From an uncultured bacterium (lineage in GTDB: Bacteria > Patescibacteriota > Microgenomatia > Levybacterales > UBA12049), in contig CAWGXL010000011.1 of NCBI GenBank assembly GCA_963826535.1, positions 128,809 through 192,808 on the forward strand: 64,000 nucleotides of DNA, read 5' to 3'. The position numbers were made by a program, and so were the translations under genes. Position 1 is the stretch's first letter. Each line of letters begins with the position of its first letter. Under the pieces are notes generated by a model. That model saw nothing but the letters and a program-made list of their open reading frames with translations. It did no database searches and was not told where the DNA came from. Below, piece by piece: positions 1-9,989 of the stretch.

Positions 1-1
1 A

Positions 2-259
2 GTGCTTGCAATACTCGAAAAATTGCGCTTGTCACCTATTGCAGCATGGCATTATAAAACAATGCCGGTCGCCTCTTATGTCGCGATTGATAAAGCCGAG
101 AAATTGCTCGATTGGCATCCAAAAAAATCAAATAAGCAGCTATTTTTGGAAAGTTATTTATGGTATAAAAAAAATAGAGCCAAAGTCATAAATCGAGTCG
201 GCAACACACATAGGGTGGGATGGAATTTTAAGATTTTAAATTTAGTGTCCAGATTTTAA
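2..259 (+). CDS. NAD-dependent sugar epimerase/dehydratase, C-terminal fragment (gene begins upstream of window)
   Basis: ORF runs off the 5' edge. The tail 'LLDWHPKKS...LESYLWYKKN' resembles the conserved C-terminal segment of SDR-type nucleotide-sugar epimerases. Confidence 0.4.
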   Translation: MLAILEKLRLSPIAAWHYKTMPVASYVAIDKAEKLLDWHPKKSNKQLFLESYLWYKKNRAKVINRVGNTHRVGWNFKILNLVSRF

Positions 260-292
260 AAATATCTTACGCTTTAAGCACTATTTGAAATG

Positions 293-411
293 TTGTCATT
301 CCGAGCGTAGTCGAGGAATCTCACACCGCAGATCTGTTAAAACAAATTAGTGGTATGAGATCCCTCCACTGCTCCCGATTAAATCGGGATTGGTCGGGAT
401 GACAATCTTGT
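293..411. mobile_element. MITE-like palindromic element, copy 1 (subfamily A)
   Basis: Terminal inverted repeats TTGTCATTCCGA / TCGGGATGACAA. Internal perfect hairpin TCCCGATTAAATCGGGA. Intergenic; related copies at 38697, 46585 and 47357. Confidence 0.5.
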
Positions 412-423
412 AACTTTTAAACT

Positions 424-963
424 ATGAATATCGGTTTCGATTTAGACAATGTATTTATCAATACCCCGCCTTTTATTCCAAAATCTTTTATAGATAAGCT
501 ATATAAAAAAAGAGACAATGGAATATTGTTATATAGAATACCCGGTAAGTCCGAACAAATTGTGAGAAAATTAAGCCACTTGTCCCTTTTCCGGCCTGCA
601 ATAAAAGAGAATTTGGTGTTTCTTCAAAGTCTCCCCAAAGACAAAAACAAATTATATTTAATCTCCAGTAGATTCAAATTTTTAGAGAACAGAACAAATA
701 GAATAATACAAAAATACCATTTATATAAAATTTTTGATGGCATGTATTTTAATTTTTCCAATGAGCAGCCGCATATTTTTAAAAACAGAATTATTAAAAA
801 TCTAAAACTTGACTATTATATTGACGACGACTTATCCCTTTTAAAATACGTCGCTCAACTTAACCCAAAAACTAAATTTTTCTGGCTCGACCATGCCAAA
901 GAAAAGCGGTCACTTGAGAAAAATATTACTAGCATTTCTAAACTTTCAAAAATTTTCTCATAA
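424..963 (+). CDS. HAD-superfamily hydrolase
   Basis: N-terminal 'IGFDLDNV' (HAD motif I DxDx[TV]) and late 'YIDDD' acidic motif. Sits in a glycosylation gene context. Confidence 0.5.
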   Translation: MNIGFDLDNVFINTPPFIPKSFIDKLYKKRDNGILLYRIPGKSEQIVRKLSHLSLFRPAIKENLVFLQSLPKDKNKLYLISSRFKFLENRTNRIIQKYHLYKIFDGMYFNFSNEQPHIFKNRIIKNLKLDYYIDDDLSLLKYVAQLNPKTKFFWLDHAKEKRSLEKNITSISKLSKIFS

Positions 964-965
964 TT

Positions 966-3260
966 ATGAATCCTTCCGATATATATGCAGTTCTACAATG
1001 GTGGTTGACCATCTTTATTATAGGTACCGGCTTCCTGCCGATTACGCTTTTGCTCTTCTCTAGTTTTTTTGACAAAGGGTATATTTTCTCCAAAGTTCTA
1101 GGAGTCGCTATAGCTTCATATGCTGTTTTTATTTTCGGCATCCTTCATCTTGTGCCTTTCAACCAAATAACAGCGTTTTTTGTTTTTTTATTTGTTGCTA
1201 TTGTGTTTACTTATTTTCTTCCAATGAAATGGCATGTTATTTATTTATTGAAACATAATTGGAAAATATTTATTTTTGAAGAGATTTTCTTTTTAGTCGC
1301 GATTTTTACTTGGGTCTATATTCATAGTTATAATCCGGATATTCATGGGCTGGAGAAATATATGGACTATGGGTTTATAAATTCAATACTGCGAGCCGAT
1401 TACTTCCCTCCAAAAGATATGTGGTTCCCGCCTGAGTTGATCAATTACTATTACTACGGTCATTTTATTACCGCATTTCTCACCAAACTCTCCGGGGTGC
1501 CTTCAGCTCTCACGTTTAATATCATGTTATCAACTATTTTTGCATGGTGCCTGACTGAGACATTCTCGATCGGCGCGAATCTATTCACATTCGCGCATAA
1601 AAAATTGCCGCAGGCAAAAATTAAATTTAAGCTGATCGTAGCAGGTTTATTAACTGCGCTTTTGACAACACTAGGCGGAAATTTGCATATCATCTACGCG
1701 TTTTTCGCACCGTATAAAACCGATAACCCAAAACCATTCTGGGAATTGGATTTTTTACCTTTGACTTTTCCGAACTCTTATTGGTACCCCAATGCCACAA
1801 GATATATTTATAATACAATTCATGAATTTCCGATTTATTCCTGGGTTGTTGCAGATGTGCACGGACACGTCCTGGATATTCCGTTTGTCCTTTTAATTAT
1901 AGCTTTGCTTTTAGCGCTATTTATTAAGGCAGATCCATCTGCTGAAGAGGAAATAACTGATGAAAAGTGGCACAAGTCCTGGATCATGCACGCCAAATTA
2001 AGACGATTTACAGCTAATTTCTCACTTCACCCACTCTCAATCATTCTTTTGGGTTTTTTGCTTGCTATAATGTATATGACCAACGCATGGGATGGAGCAA
2101 TCTATTTACTGCTAGTAGCACTTGTGATTTTTTACTTAGTTCGGGAAAGAATAAGCGAAGAGTCCAATGCATCACTTGTATCAGAACGCCCAAAACTTGA
2201 TATCATTGCAGCAAAAGGACAACGCCGCCCCAAATTCAAAATTCCTAAATCATTCTGGTTGTTTTATATTCGTTTATTTGTACCCATTATTCTAGTAGTA
2301 ACTACTTTTATAATTTTTTCTTTTCCCTATAACCATTATTTTAAACCTTTTGTTTCCGGAATTGGAGTTCTTTGTGCACCGTCTTTTCTAACGAAAATAG
2401 GTCAATTGGGGCCATTTATATTTGAAGCGGAACACTGTCAGCGTTCATTTTGGTGGGAATTTTTAATGCTATATGGATTCTTCTACTTTTTTGTTTTTAC
2501 GTTCATAATATACCTGGTTTGGAAAAAAAAGATTCTACGTATAGATGTGTTCGTACTGCTTTTAATTATCCTTTCATCACTTCTGATTTTTCTGCCGGAA
2601 TTCATCTATGTAAAAGATATATATCCTGCGCATTTTCGGGCTAACACTATGTTTAAATTGGTATTCCAAGCATTTATTATGCTCTCGCTTGTAAGTGTGT
2701 ATGTTATTGCGAGAATTTCACAAAGTCGTGTGCGTTTTATCTTTTTCCCAATTTCACTTGTTTTAATTATGCTAGTAATGACCTACCCGTATATGGCTAT
2801 TGGTTCATATTATGGGGATTTAAAAGCATATAAAGGACTGCATGGGACCACATATTTAAATACGCTTTATCCCAGCGATTATGCCGGAATTTTATGGCTT
2901 AATGCCTATGTAAAAGGTCAGCCTGTAATTTTGGAAGCACAAGGTGATTCTTATACTGATTATGCACGTGTTTCTGCAAATACGGGTCTACCAACAGTAC
3001 TGGGATGGACGGTACACGAATGGCTCTGGAGAGGAGAATACAGTATTCCGGCACCCAGGATTACAGATATAACAAATATATATGAAACTAATGATTTAGA
3101 TGTAGCTAAAAAATTGCTGAAAAAATATAAGGTAAAATACGTCTTTATCGGTACAATGGAATACGAAAAATATCCCAATCTTGATGAGAAAAAATTTGAG
3201 AAATTAGGAAAAGTGGTTTTTCAACAAGATAAAACTAAAATATATGAAATTTTAAGGTGA
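966..3260 (+). CDS. DUF2298-like polytopic membrane protein, putative GT-C-type glycosyltransferase
   Basis: 764 aa with more than 12 hydrophobic helices. 'GLEKYMDYGFINSILRADYFPPKDMWFPPELINYYYYGHF' is typical of DUF2298 proteins of CPR and archaea. Confidence 0.5.
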   Translation: MNPSDIYAVLQWWLTIFIIGTGFLPITLLLFSSFFDKGYIFSKVLGVAIASYAVFIFGILHLVPFNQITAFFVFLFVAIVFTYFLPMKWHVIYLLKHNWKIFIFEEIFFLVAIFTWVYIHSYNPDIHGLEKYMDYGFINSILRADYFPPKDMWFPPELINYYYYGHFITAFLTKLSGVPSALTFNIMLSTIFAWCLTETFSIGANLFTFAHKKLPQAKIKFKLIVAGLLTALLTTLGGNLHIIYAFFAPYKTDNPKPFWELDFLPLTFPNSYWYPNATRYIYNTIHEFPIYSWVVADVHGHVLDIPFVLLIIALLLALFIKADPSAEEEITDEKWHKSWIMHAKLRRFTANFSLHPLSIILLGFLLAIMYMTNAWDGAIYLLLVALVIFYLVRERISEESNASLVSERPKLDIIAAKGQRRPKFKIPKSFWLFYIRLFVPIILVVTTFIIFSFPYNHYFKPFVSGIGVLCAPSFLTKIGQLGPFIFEAEHCQRSFWWEFLMLYGFFYFFVFTFIIYLVWKKKILRIDVFVLLLIILSSLLIFLPEFIYVKDIYPAHFRANTMFKLVFQAFIMLSLVSVYVIARISQSRVRFIFFPISLVLIMLVMTYPYMAIGSYYGDLKAYKGLHGTTYLNTLYPSDYAGILWLNAYVKGQPVILEAQGDSYTDYARVSANTGLPTVLGWTVHEWLWRGEYSIPAPRITDITNIYETNDLDVAKKLLKKYKVKYVFIGTMEYEKYPNLDEKKFEKLGKVVFQQDKTKIYEILR

Positions 3261-3273
3261 AATTTATTCCTAT

Positions 3274-3762
3274 ATGCCAGAACACAGTGAGGGCGTTCCA
3301 GTATCTGAAGAAGAATTCTCTCAGGAGATACTGAAAGAATCAGTAGGTCATTTAAAGGATAAATTTGAAATGCAATTTGAAACTTCTAGAATAAATAAAT
3401 ATGGAATTAGGATGGATAAATATAGAGGAAAGTCATCGATAGTGGATCCTAACTCTTTAAGCGTATATTATCAAAATGATCAAAATTTTCTTCGTATAGG
3501 TGAACCATTATGGAAGATAGATAAACCAAATAAAGATAGAGTGGAAATTTATAGAGTCAAAGGTAACATAACAGAAGGAATAATTATAGAAACAAGAGCG
3601 CCCTACTTAGTACAATATGAATATACACAGTTTAGCCATTACGATTTGAACTCTCCTAAAGCAAAAAGTGAGGTGGAGGAAAATGTACTGATTAAAAATA
3701 CCCAAGGCACTATTTTAAAGGCTGAGGGGTTAATCTCAGACATTCCCCAGGTTTTAAAATGA
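3274..3762 (+). CDS. hypothetical protein
   Basis: Clean 162-aa ORF directly after the preceding gene; no recognisable motif. Confidence 0.4.
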   Translation: MPEHSEGVPVSEEEFSQEILKESVGHLKDKFEMQFETSRINKYGIRMDKYRGKSSIVDPNSLSVYYQNDQNFLRIGEPLWKIDKPNKDRVEIYRVKGNITEGIIIETRAPYLVQYEYTQFSHYDLNSPKAKSEVEENVLIKNTQGTILKAEGLISDIPQVLK

Positions 3763-3855
3763 TTTAAGTTTATCAAGGTTGAATCCATATATTTTGTGAC
3801 AATTGTAAAAGTCGCATTAGAAAATTAACACAACTTGCAATATTATGATGAAGAA

Positions 3856-4995
3856 TTATGGTGAAGGTTTTTTGGAAGTGATGTTGCTGCAGTTGCCTTT
3901 ATTTATTTCACAATCAACATATTTCTTAATTTCTGAATAGTTTCCATTACCTGCGGCCGGGATAAGTACCCATTGCATTCCATACTCATCTCTAGTCTGC
4001 GGTATCATAAGTAACCCGGCCCGGCCGGTTATACTATCTCCGGTATCCAGAATAGCGCTTTTAATTTTGGCTTCTTGTAACTTTTGGGTAAGTCTAATGA
4101 AGTCATCATATTCATCTTCCTTGATATCGCTTGCAACGCTATCCTTTACAACATTAATTAGATCTAAAGCTATGACTGGGTTAAGAAGTACATCTAGGGA
4201 AAATATTTTCTCTTTAAAAGCTTCAATTATTTTCTCCTGCCTAATCGAGCGGGCAAAATCAGATCCTTCCTGGCCAAGCGCGTGACGTGAACGAACATAT
4301 TTTAGTGCTGTTGTTCCATCCATAAGAGAGGAACCTTTATCAAAATGCAGATGTTCATACCTGCAAGGAAAAAACTCAGACTCGGTCGCACTACCTGTAG
4401 CAATTTGCGCTGAAAAGGAGGCAATATCTGTTTCATTAAATCCACAGGGGTCCACTTCTTTGCCGGTAACCGGATATGCGTAATCATCAAAAGCGCGATC
4501 AACTGTGACATCAAGTCCTCCAAGCTTATCAACCGCTTTTGTAAATCCATCAAAGTCAATTTTTATAGCATAATCAACATCCAAACCAAGTACTTTTCCG
4601 ACAATTGCCTTGGCCATTAATAATCCTCCACCTTTCTGCTCCATTTCTCCATAAGTATAGGCGGAGTTAATTTTTGCTTTAAGTTCAGGTGCCCAAAGAT
4701 CGCGCGGAATTGAAACAAGCAAGGCATTTTTAGTATTTGGATCAATGGTGGCAAAAATAATCGTATCGGTCAGATCAGGGCCCTCATGTACCCCGCCTCC
4801 AACACCTAGAAGAAGAACATTAATCCGTTTTTTTTCCGTCTGTTTTAATTCAATTTTATTGTTCGTAACTACCTGTACGCCTATTGAAAAATATTTCCAA
4901 GCCTTAACTCCTATTATTCCAAGAATCACTATAAAAAAAACAATTAACACCAAGACTCCCTTGTTTAAATTCTTTGAATTTCGTTGAGTTCGCAT
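3856..4995 (-). CDS. LytR-CpsA-Psr (LCP) family cell-envelope phosphotransferase
   Basis: N-terminal TM anchor followed by 'NVLLLGVGGG...DTIIFATIDPNTKNALLVSIPRDLW', the LCP-domain signature. Confidence 0.85.
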   Translation of the reverse strand: MRTQRNSKNLNKGVLVLIVFFIVILGIIGVKAWKYFSIGVQVVTNNKIELKQTEKKRINVLLLGVGGGVHEGPDLTDTIIFATIDPNTKNALLVSIPRDLWAPELKAKINSAYTYGEMEQKGGGLLMAKAIVGKVLGLDVDYAIKIDFDGFTKAVDKLGGLDVTVDRAFDDYAYPVTGKEVDPCGFNETDIASFSAQIATGSATESEFFPCRYEHLHFDKGSSLMDGTTALKYVRSRHALGQEGSDFARSIRQEKIIEAFKEKIFSLDVLLNPVIALDLINVVKDSVASDIKEDEYDDFIRLTQKLQEAKIKSAILDTGDSITGRAGLLMIPQTRDEYGMQWVLIPAAGNGNYSEIKKYVDCEINKGNCSNITSKKPSP

Positions 4996-5001
4996 AAATA
5001 G

Positions 5002-5676
5002 CTAGAGAGAAGCGTTTTTGATCAGGTCTGTGAATTTAAGCGCATCGAGACTGGCGGCGCCTATTAACGCGCCGCTAATATGTTCCATTTGCACAAAACT
5101 CCGAATGTTTGCGCTGGTCACACTACCCCCGTAAAGCACAGAGGTAATGTTCGGATATTTATTTATAATCATGCCCGCTACCCTTTGCGCGTTTTCAGGC
5201 GTATCAGGATTGCCGGTTCCGATTGCGGTAGGCGGTTCATAAGCTACTAAACTAACTCCAACTGGCACAACGGTATTCTCATTTTGAATGCAATAAATTG
5301 GTGTTAAACCCGCTACCAGTGCCTGTGTAACTTTTGCAGCAAGCATCGCATCGTCCTCCTTAAAATTAATCCGTCTTTCGGAATGACCGATAATCGTATA
5401 GTCTGCGAATTCTTTAACCTGTTTGGCGTTAACCTCGCCAGTATAAGCGCCCTGTTCAAAAGGGGAAAGATCTTGTGCCCCGAGTGCGAGTTGCATTTTA
5501 TGATCATTTATCCAAGAATGCACATACGGAAGGAGCGTAAACGCAGGACAGAGAATAATTTCTTTGTCCTCGAATTTATTATTTGAAGTTATATCAAGGA
5601 ATGCTTTCAGCCAATCATGAGCTTCTTGGCTGTTCTTGTTTGATTTCCAGTTGGCAATGAGAAAAACCTTCTTCAT
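5002..5676 (-). CDS. tpiA: triosephosphate isomerase
   Basis: 'IANWKSN', 'IIGHSERR' and 'AYEPPTAIGTG' match the TIM catalytic motifs. Confidence 0.85.
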   Translation of the reverse strand: MKKVFLIANWKSNKNSQEAHDWLKAFLDITSNNKFEDKEIILCPAFTLLPYVHSWINDHKMQLALGAQDLSPFEQGAYTGEVNAKQVKEFADYTIIGHSERRINFKEDDAMLAAKVTQALVAGLTPIYCIQNENTVVPVGVSLVAYEPPTAIGTGNPDTPENAQRVAGMIINKYPNITSVLYGGSVTSANIRSFVQMEHISGALIGAASLDALKFTDLIKNASL

Positions 5677-5720
5677 GTGATAAAATTTGATATAGGAATT
5701 AAGTTTAATTATTATACTCT

Positions 5721-7550
5721 ATGACAGACACACTACTCAAGGATTTAAATCCGCAGCAGCAAAAAGCGGTATTGCAAACAGATGGGCCAACAATAATACT
5801 CGCGGGTGCGGGAAGCGGAAAAACCCGTGTTCTCATGTATAAAGTAATATATTTAATGCTGGTAAAAAAGATTCCCCCCGAATCAATATTGGCAGTCACA
5901 TTTACCAACAAAGCTGCTAATGAAATGAAAGAGCGGATCGCGCGATATCTATTGGAAAACAGTCTGGATAAATTACAGGGAAAGCCCTGGCTCTCAACGT
6001 TCCATTCGCTCTGTGCGAAAATACTGCGCATTGATGGCAAGCATATCGGCTTCTCACCGAAATTCGCAATCTATGATTCTCAAGACCAGATTGAAGCGAC
6101 CAAAGTGGCAATGAACAAGCTTATGATTTCGACAAAAGACTTTAAACCATCATCCATACATGCGACTATTTCATCTGCTAAAAACGAACTAATTACGAGC
6201 GAGGATTATCCGATATATGCGAGGGGATATTTTCAAGAGACAGTCGCCAAAATTTACCCTGTGTATCAATCACTGCTGAAAGAAAACGATGCGCTTGATT
6301 TCGATGATTTAATCTTACTAACGATCCGGTTATTTAAGGAAAATGAACAAGTTCTTAAAAAATATCAAGCCCGGTTTGAATATTTACTAGTAGACGAATA
6401 TCAGGATACCAACAGGGCTCAATATTTGCTAACGCGACTCTTAAGCGCGAAATATCAAAATATTTGTGTAGTCGGGGATTTCTCACAAAGTATATATAGC
6501 TGGCGGGGAGCCGACTACCGCAACCTTATACGATTCAAAGACGACTATAAGGGCACAAAGACATTTTCCCTGGAGCAAAATTACCGTTCAACCCAAATAA
6601 TTCTAGATGGAGCAACAACTATTGTCGGGAAGAATATGTCGCATCCGATACTCAAACTCTGGACAAAAAATCCGCAAGGCGAGGAAATAGAAATTTACGA
6701 AGCGAATAGTGAACAGGATGAAGCAGAATTTATTATTCGTAAAATTATAGAGCTGAATATAAAAAGTTTACATGAGGTGGCTGTTTTATATCGTACCAAC
6801 GCCCAATCCCGTGTACTCGAAGAAGTATTGCTGCATCATTCGGTCCCATATATTCTCATTGGGGGTATCAGATTCTACGAGCGCAAGGAAGTAAAAGACG
6901 TGCTCTCCTATCTTCGACTTATTGATAACCCCAAAGATATGATCTCCTACCGCAGAGCGGAAAAGCTTGGGAAGGGCAGGCTCGCCAAATTTCTGGAATA
7001 CCAAAATAAAATTGAAAGTAAAAGTAATATTAAAACTATTGATGTTTTAGACGGGGTTTTAAAAGCAACACAATATCTGGATTTATATGATGAGAAAATT
7101 GTAGAAGACAGTACGCGCCTCGAAAACATAAAAGAACTTCGCTCAGTCGCAATCAGTTTTCCTGATTTGACAGACTTTTTGGAAAATGTAGCGTTGGTTG
7201 AACAGGAATATTTATCCGATAAGACAAAAAACCTGCCTGCCGGCAGGCAGGAGAATGCGATCACGCTCATGACGCTACACGCTGCTAAAGGGCTGGAATT
7301 CCCGGCTGTTTTTATGATCGGCATGGAAGAAGGACTTTTTCCCCATAGCCGGAGTCTTATGGATAGACATGAACTTGAGGAAGAACGCCGCCTTTGTTAT
7401 GTTGGCATGACGCGCGCTAAAGATAAACTATTCCTGACATATGCGAGAAGGAGACTATTTTTTGGGCAGCGAACGAGTAATACCATTTCCCGTTTTCTGC
7501 TAGAATTACCTGAACATTTAGTTATCAAAAAGGAAACAGTTGAGTACTAG
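5721..7550 (+). CDS. uvrD: ATP-dependent DNA helicase, UvrD/PcrA family
   Basis: Walker A 'AGAGSGKTRVL', 'LVDEYQDTN' and 'TLHAAKGLEF' motifs of SF1 UvrD helicases. Confidence 0.9.
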   Translation: MTDTLLKDLNPQQQKAVLQTDGPTIILAGAGSGKTRVLMYKVIYLMLVKKIPPESILAVTFTNKAANEMKERIARYLLENSLDKLQGKPWLSTFHSLCAKILRIDGKHIGFSPKFAIYDSQDQIEATKVAMNKLMISTKDFKPSSIHATISSAKNELITSEDYPIYARGYFQETVAKIYPVYQSLLKENDALDFDDLILLTIRLFKENEQVLKKYQARFEYLLVDEYQDTNRAQYLLTRLLSAKYQNICVVGDFSQSIYSWRGADYRNLIRFKDDYKGTKTFSLEQNYRSTQIILDGATTIVGKNMSHPILKLWTKNPQGEEIEIYEANSEQDEAEFIIRKIIELNIKSLHEVAVLYRTNAQSRVLEEVLLHHSVPYILIGGIRFYERKEVKDVLSYLRLIDNPKDMISYRRAEKLGKGRLAKFLEYQNKIESKSNIKTIDVLDGVLKATQYLDLYDEKIVEDSTRLENIKELRSVAISFPDLTDFLENVALVEQEYLSDKTKNLPAGRQENAITLMTLHAAKGLEFPAVFMIGMEEGLFPHSRSLMDRHELEEERRLCYVGMTRAKDKLFLTYARRRLFFGQRTSNTISRFLLELPEHLVIKKETVEY

Positions 7551-7552
7551 TT

Positions 7553-8590
7553 ATGGAGATCCGTGTAATTACAGAAAAAGAGAGAGATGCATATAATGCT
7601 GTTGTTATTCATCCCCTCCAGTCTTTTGAATGGGGAGAATTTCGGGAGAAAACCGGAATCAAAGTCGTACGCCGTGCCTTTATTGAAAAAGAAAAAATAG
7701 TAAATGGCTTTTCGCTTACAATTCACAAAATCCCCCACACGCAATTTAATATCGGCTATCTTCCAAAAGGAAATATGCCGGATCAAGAATTATTGAAAGA
7801 ATTACAAAAAATTGGTAGAGCGGAAAAATGTATTTTCATTCAGCTTGAACCAAATGTTCAAAAAAATTCAGGTCAACCATCAACCATCAACCATAAATTA
7901 TTAGCACCAGCTGCCCATCCCCTATTTACTAAATATACATTTTTTTTAGACTTAACTAAATCCGAGGATGAGCTGTTAAAAGTTATGCATCCGAAGGCAC
8001 GTTACAATATTCGGGTTGCTATCAAGCATGGTGTTGAAATTATTGAAGAGAATTCCAAAAATGCGTTTGATGAATATTGGAGACTTATGGAAGAAACAAC
8101 CAGGAGACAAGGTTTTTATGCGCACTCCGAAAAGTATCATCGATTGATGTGGGAAACATTAGATAAAACAAAAATCAAAAATCAAAAATCAAAACAAATT
8201 AATGAATTAACCGCTCATTTGTTAACAGCTAGATATAAAGACAAAATTCTGACCGCCTGGATTCTTTTTGTCTTCAAAGACACCATATATTATCCATATG
8301 GCGCGTCAAGTAATGAAAATAGAGAAGTAATGGCAAGTAATTTGATCATGTGGGAGGCAATACGCTTTGGGAAAAAATTGGGATTAAAGAAATTTGATAT
8401 GTGGGGCGCGCTCGGTCCAAATCCAGATCGCAAAGATCCATGGTTTGGGTTTCATACTTTTAAAGAGAAATATGCACCGGAACATGTGGAATTCATCGGG
8501 AGTTACGATCTGGTAATTAATCCATTACTTTATCAAGTTTATAAACTCGTAGACAAACTCCGCTGGTTTTATTTGAAATTGAAAAAATAA
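7553..8590 (+). CDS. FemAB-family peptidoglycan peptide-bridge aminoacyltransferase
   Basis: 'HPKARYNIRVAIKHGVEI', a C-terminal 'FK..Y' block and ~340 aa length are typical of the FemABX/MurM fold. Start overlaps the uvrD stop. Confidence 0.7.
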   Translation: MEIRVITEKERDAYNAVVIHPLQSFEWGEFREKTGIKVVRRAFIEKEKIVNGFSLTIHKIPHTQFNIGYLPKGNMPDQELLKELQKIGRAEKCIFIQLEPNVQKNSGQPSTINHKLLAPAAHPLFTKYTFFLDLTKSEDELLKVMHPKARYNIRVAIKHGVEIIEENSKNAFDEYWRLMEETTRRQGFYAHSEKYHRLMWETLDKTKIKNQKSKQINELTAHLLTARYKDKILTAWILFVFKDTIYYPYGASSNENREVMASNLIMWEAIRFGKKLGLKKFDMWGALGPNPDRKDPWFGFHTFKEKYAPEHVEFIGSYDLVINPLLYQVYKLVDKLRWFYLKLKK

Positions 8591-8631
8591 GATATCAAAT
8601 AATAAGTTACGGATTCTTCTGTTTTTTAATT

Positions 8632-9036
8632 TTATTGAGGTAAACCCAAATGCTTTTCAATTTTTGTAACTCGTCTATCCAGCTTAGTATCACCCTCATC
8701 ATAATTTCTGGCAATAATATCAACAGTTTTTCTAAGCCAGTGCAGATCTTTTTTGATCAGCTTTAATTTTTTCTCAACAACCTTTTCAATTCTTGGCTCA
8801 AGACTACCATCAATTCTATTTATATCTTCCTTAACCCCATTTAAATCTTTTCTAACACTACTTATATCTTCTTTAACACTACTTATATCTTCTTTAATAG
8901 GCTTGAGTTTTTCTTCAATAACAGAATCAATCCCCTTAATATCCTCCTTAACAGGTTTAAGTTTAGCTTCAACCACGGAGTCAATCTCCTCGTGCATGAT
9001 GGATCTTATTTCTGTTAAATCATTTTTCGTCAACAT
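8632..9036 (-). CDS. coiled-coil repeat protein
   Basis: Repeated 'IEEKLKPIKEDI / SSVKEDISSV / NGVKEDINRI' heptad-like units. Contains a perfect 21-bp in-frame tandem duplication. Confidence 0.5.
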   Translation of the reverse strand: MLTKNDLTEIRSIMHEEIDSVVEAKLKPVKEDIKGIDSVIEEKLKPIKEDISSVKEDISSVRKDLNGVKEDINRIDGSLEPRIEKVVEKKLKLIKKDLHWLRKTVDIIARNYDEGDTKLDRRVTKIEKHLGLPQ

Positions 9037-9101
9037 AGAATTATATTATTAATAAAGAAGGGGCTTATTACAAGAGGGCAAACTATATCAAAAAGAGAGG
9101 A

Positions 9102-9638
9102 CTATTTTTTATTTTTTGGAATTTCATAGAGATAGATTTCATTTTTTAAATCTTGATGAATTATCGGCATATCAAGTTTATATACAACGGTGACAATACG
9201 CGTACCGGGCTTAAGTTCCTTAAGCAATTTCGGACGAAGCTTGGCCAGAGCTTTGGGTACAAGATACATAAAGACGACTGTCGCCTCTGTTATATCTGAG
9301 CTGAAAAAGTTTTTTCTGATAATTTTAACTTTCTTCCATTGACCGCTCAGCAAAACCATAAGCTTGGCAAGCGCTACACGCAAAGGATCTATCTCGACCC
9401 CGACTGCACGCGCACCAAACTCCTTTGCTGCGGTAATCAAAAACATTGCGTCGCCTGAACCAAGATCATATACAACATCATTTTTACCAATTTTTGCAAA
9501 CTTACATACGAGCCGTGAACGTTTGCTATCCGTGCGCCACCATGGGGACCAGGGACTATCCGGAGGCCAAACCATAGATAATAAGAAAACTAATAAAAGG
9601 ATGGTTACAAATAGGATTAAATAAGTAATGAGCTCCAT
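9102..9638 (-). CDS. class I SAM-dependent methyltransferase with N-terminal TM helix
   Basis: 'VYDLGSGDAMFLITAAKEFGARAVGVEIDP' is a SAM-binding motif I / post-I pair. Confidence 0.7.
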   Translation of the reverse strand: MELITYLILFVTILLLVFLLSMVWPPDSPWSPWWRTDSKRSRLVCKFAKIGKNDVVYDLGSGDAMFLITAAKEFGARAVGVEIDPLRVALAKLMVLLSGQWKKVKIIRKNFFSSDITEATVVFMYLVPKALAKLRPKLLKELKPGTRIVTVVYKLDMPIIHQDLKNEIYLYEIPKNKK

Positions 9639-9641
9639 CTA

Positions 9642-9989
9642 TTATAAAAATACTTTCCCTATAATACTCTTCTTTTCTATCATACCAAATTTTCGGCTAT
9701 CAGTGCTTGCGTTTGTGTTATCTCCAGTGACAAAATATGTATTGTTTTCAATTTTTTGAATTCGTTTAATCAGTATCTTTCCATCGCGTGGATCTATAAG
9801 CGCAATAATATCAAATATTTGGGGATTTTTAAAAATGTAAGCAAACCTGTTAACCAACACCGTAGAGTTGTTTTGAAATGTTGGAACCATACTATTTCCT
9901 AAAATTCTAAATCTGTAAATAGGGGAAAAATTAAGAAAAAAAGCTCTAAACAGATTTTGTCTTCTTGAAGACAACATCGATTTCATCAA
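9642..9989 (-). CDS. sodX: S26-family signal-peptidase-like protease, putative Ni-SOD maturation protease
   Basis: 'GNSMVPTF' (catalytic Ser box) and 'GDNTNASTDSR' (box E) of type I signal peptidases. Immediately downstream of and overlapping sodN, as for SodX. Confidence 0.65.
   Translation of the reverse strand: MMKSMLSSRRQNLFRAFFLNFSPIYRFRILGNSMVPTFQNNSTVLVNRFAYIFKNPQIFDIIALIDPRDGKILIKRIQKIENNTYFVTGDNTNASTDSRKFGMIEKKSIIGKVFL

Noticed and set aside
8170-8190. Heptamer repeat (AAAAATC)x3 considered as a phase-variation tract or promoter element
   Set aside because: Lies inside the FemAB-like CDS, 21 nt (in frame), encoding KIKNQKS. Too short and in-frame to act as a slipped-strand switch.
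9946-9989. 44-nt overlap between the sodN 3' end and the sodX 5' end considered as evidence that one of the ORFs is spurious
   Set aside because: Both ORFs have strong family-specific motifs. An internal Met (MLSSRR) in sodX would shorten the overlap, and short overlaps are common in compact genomes.
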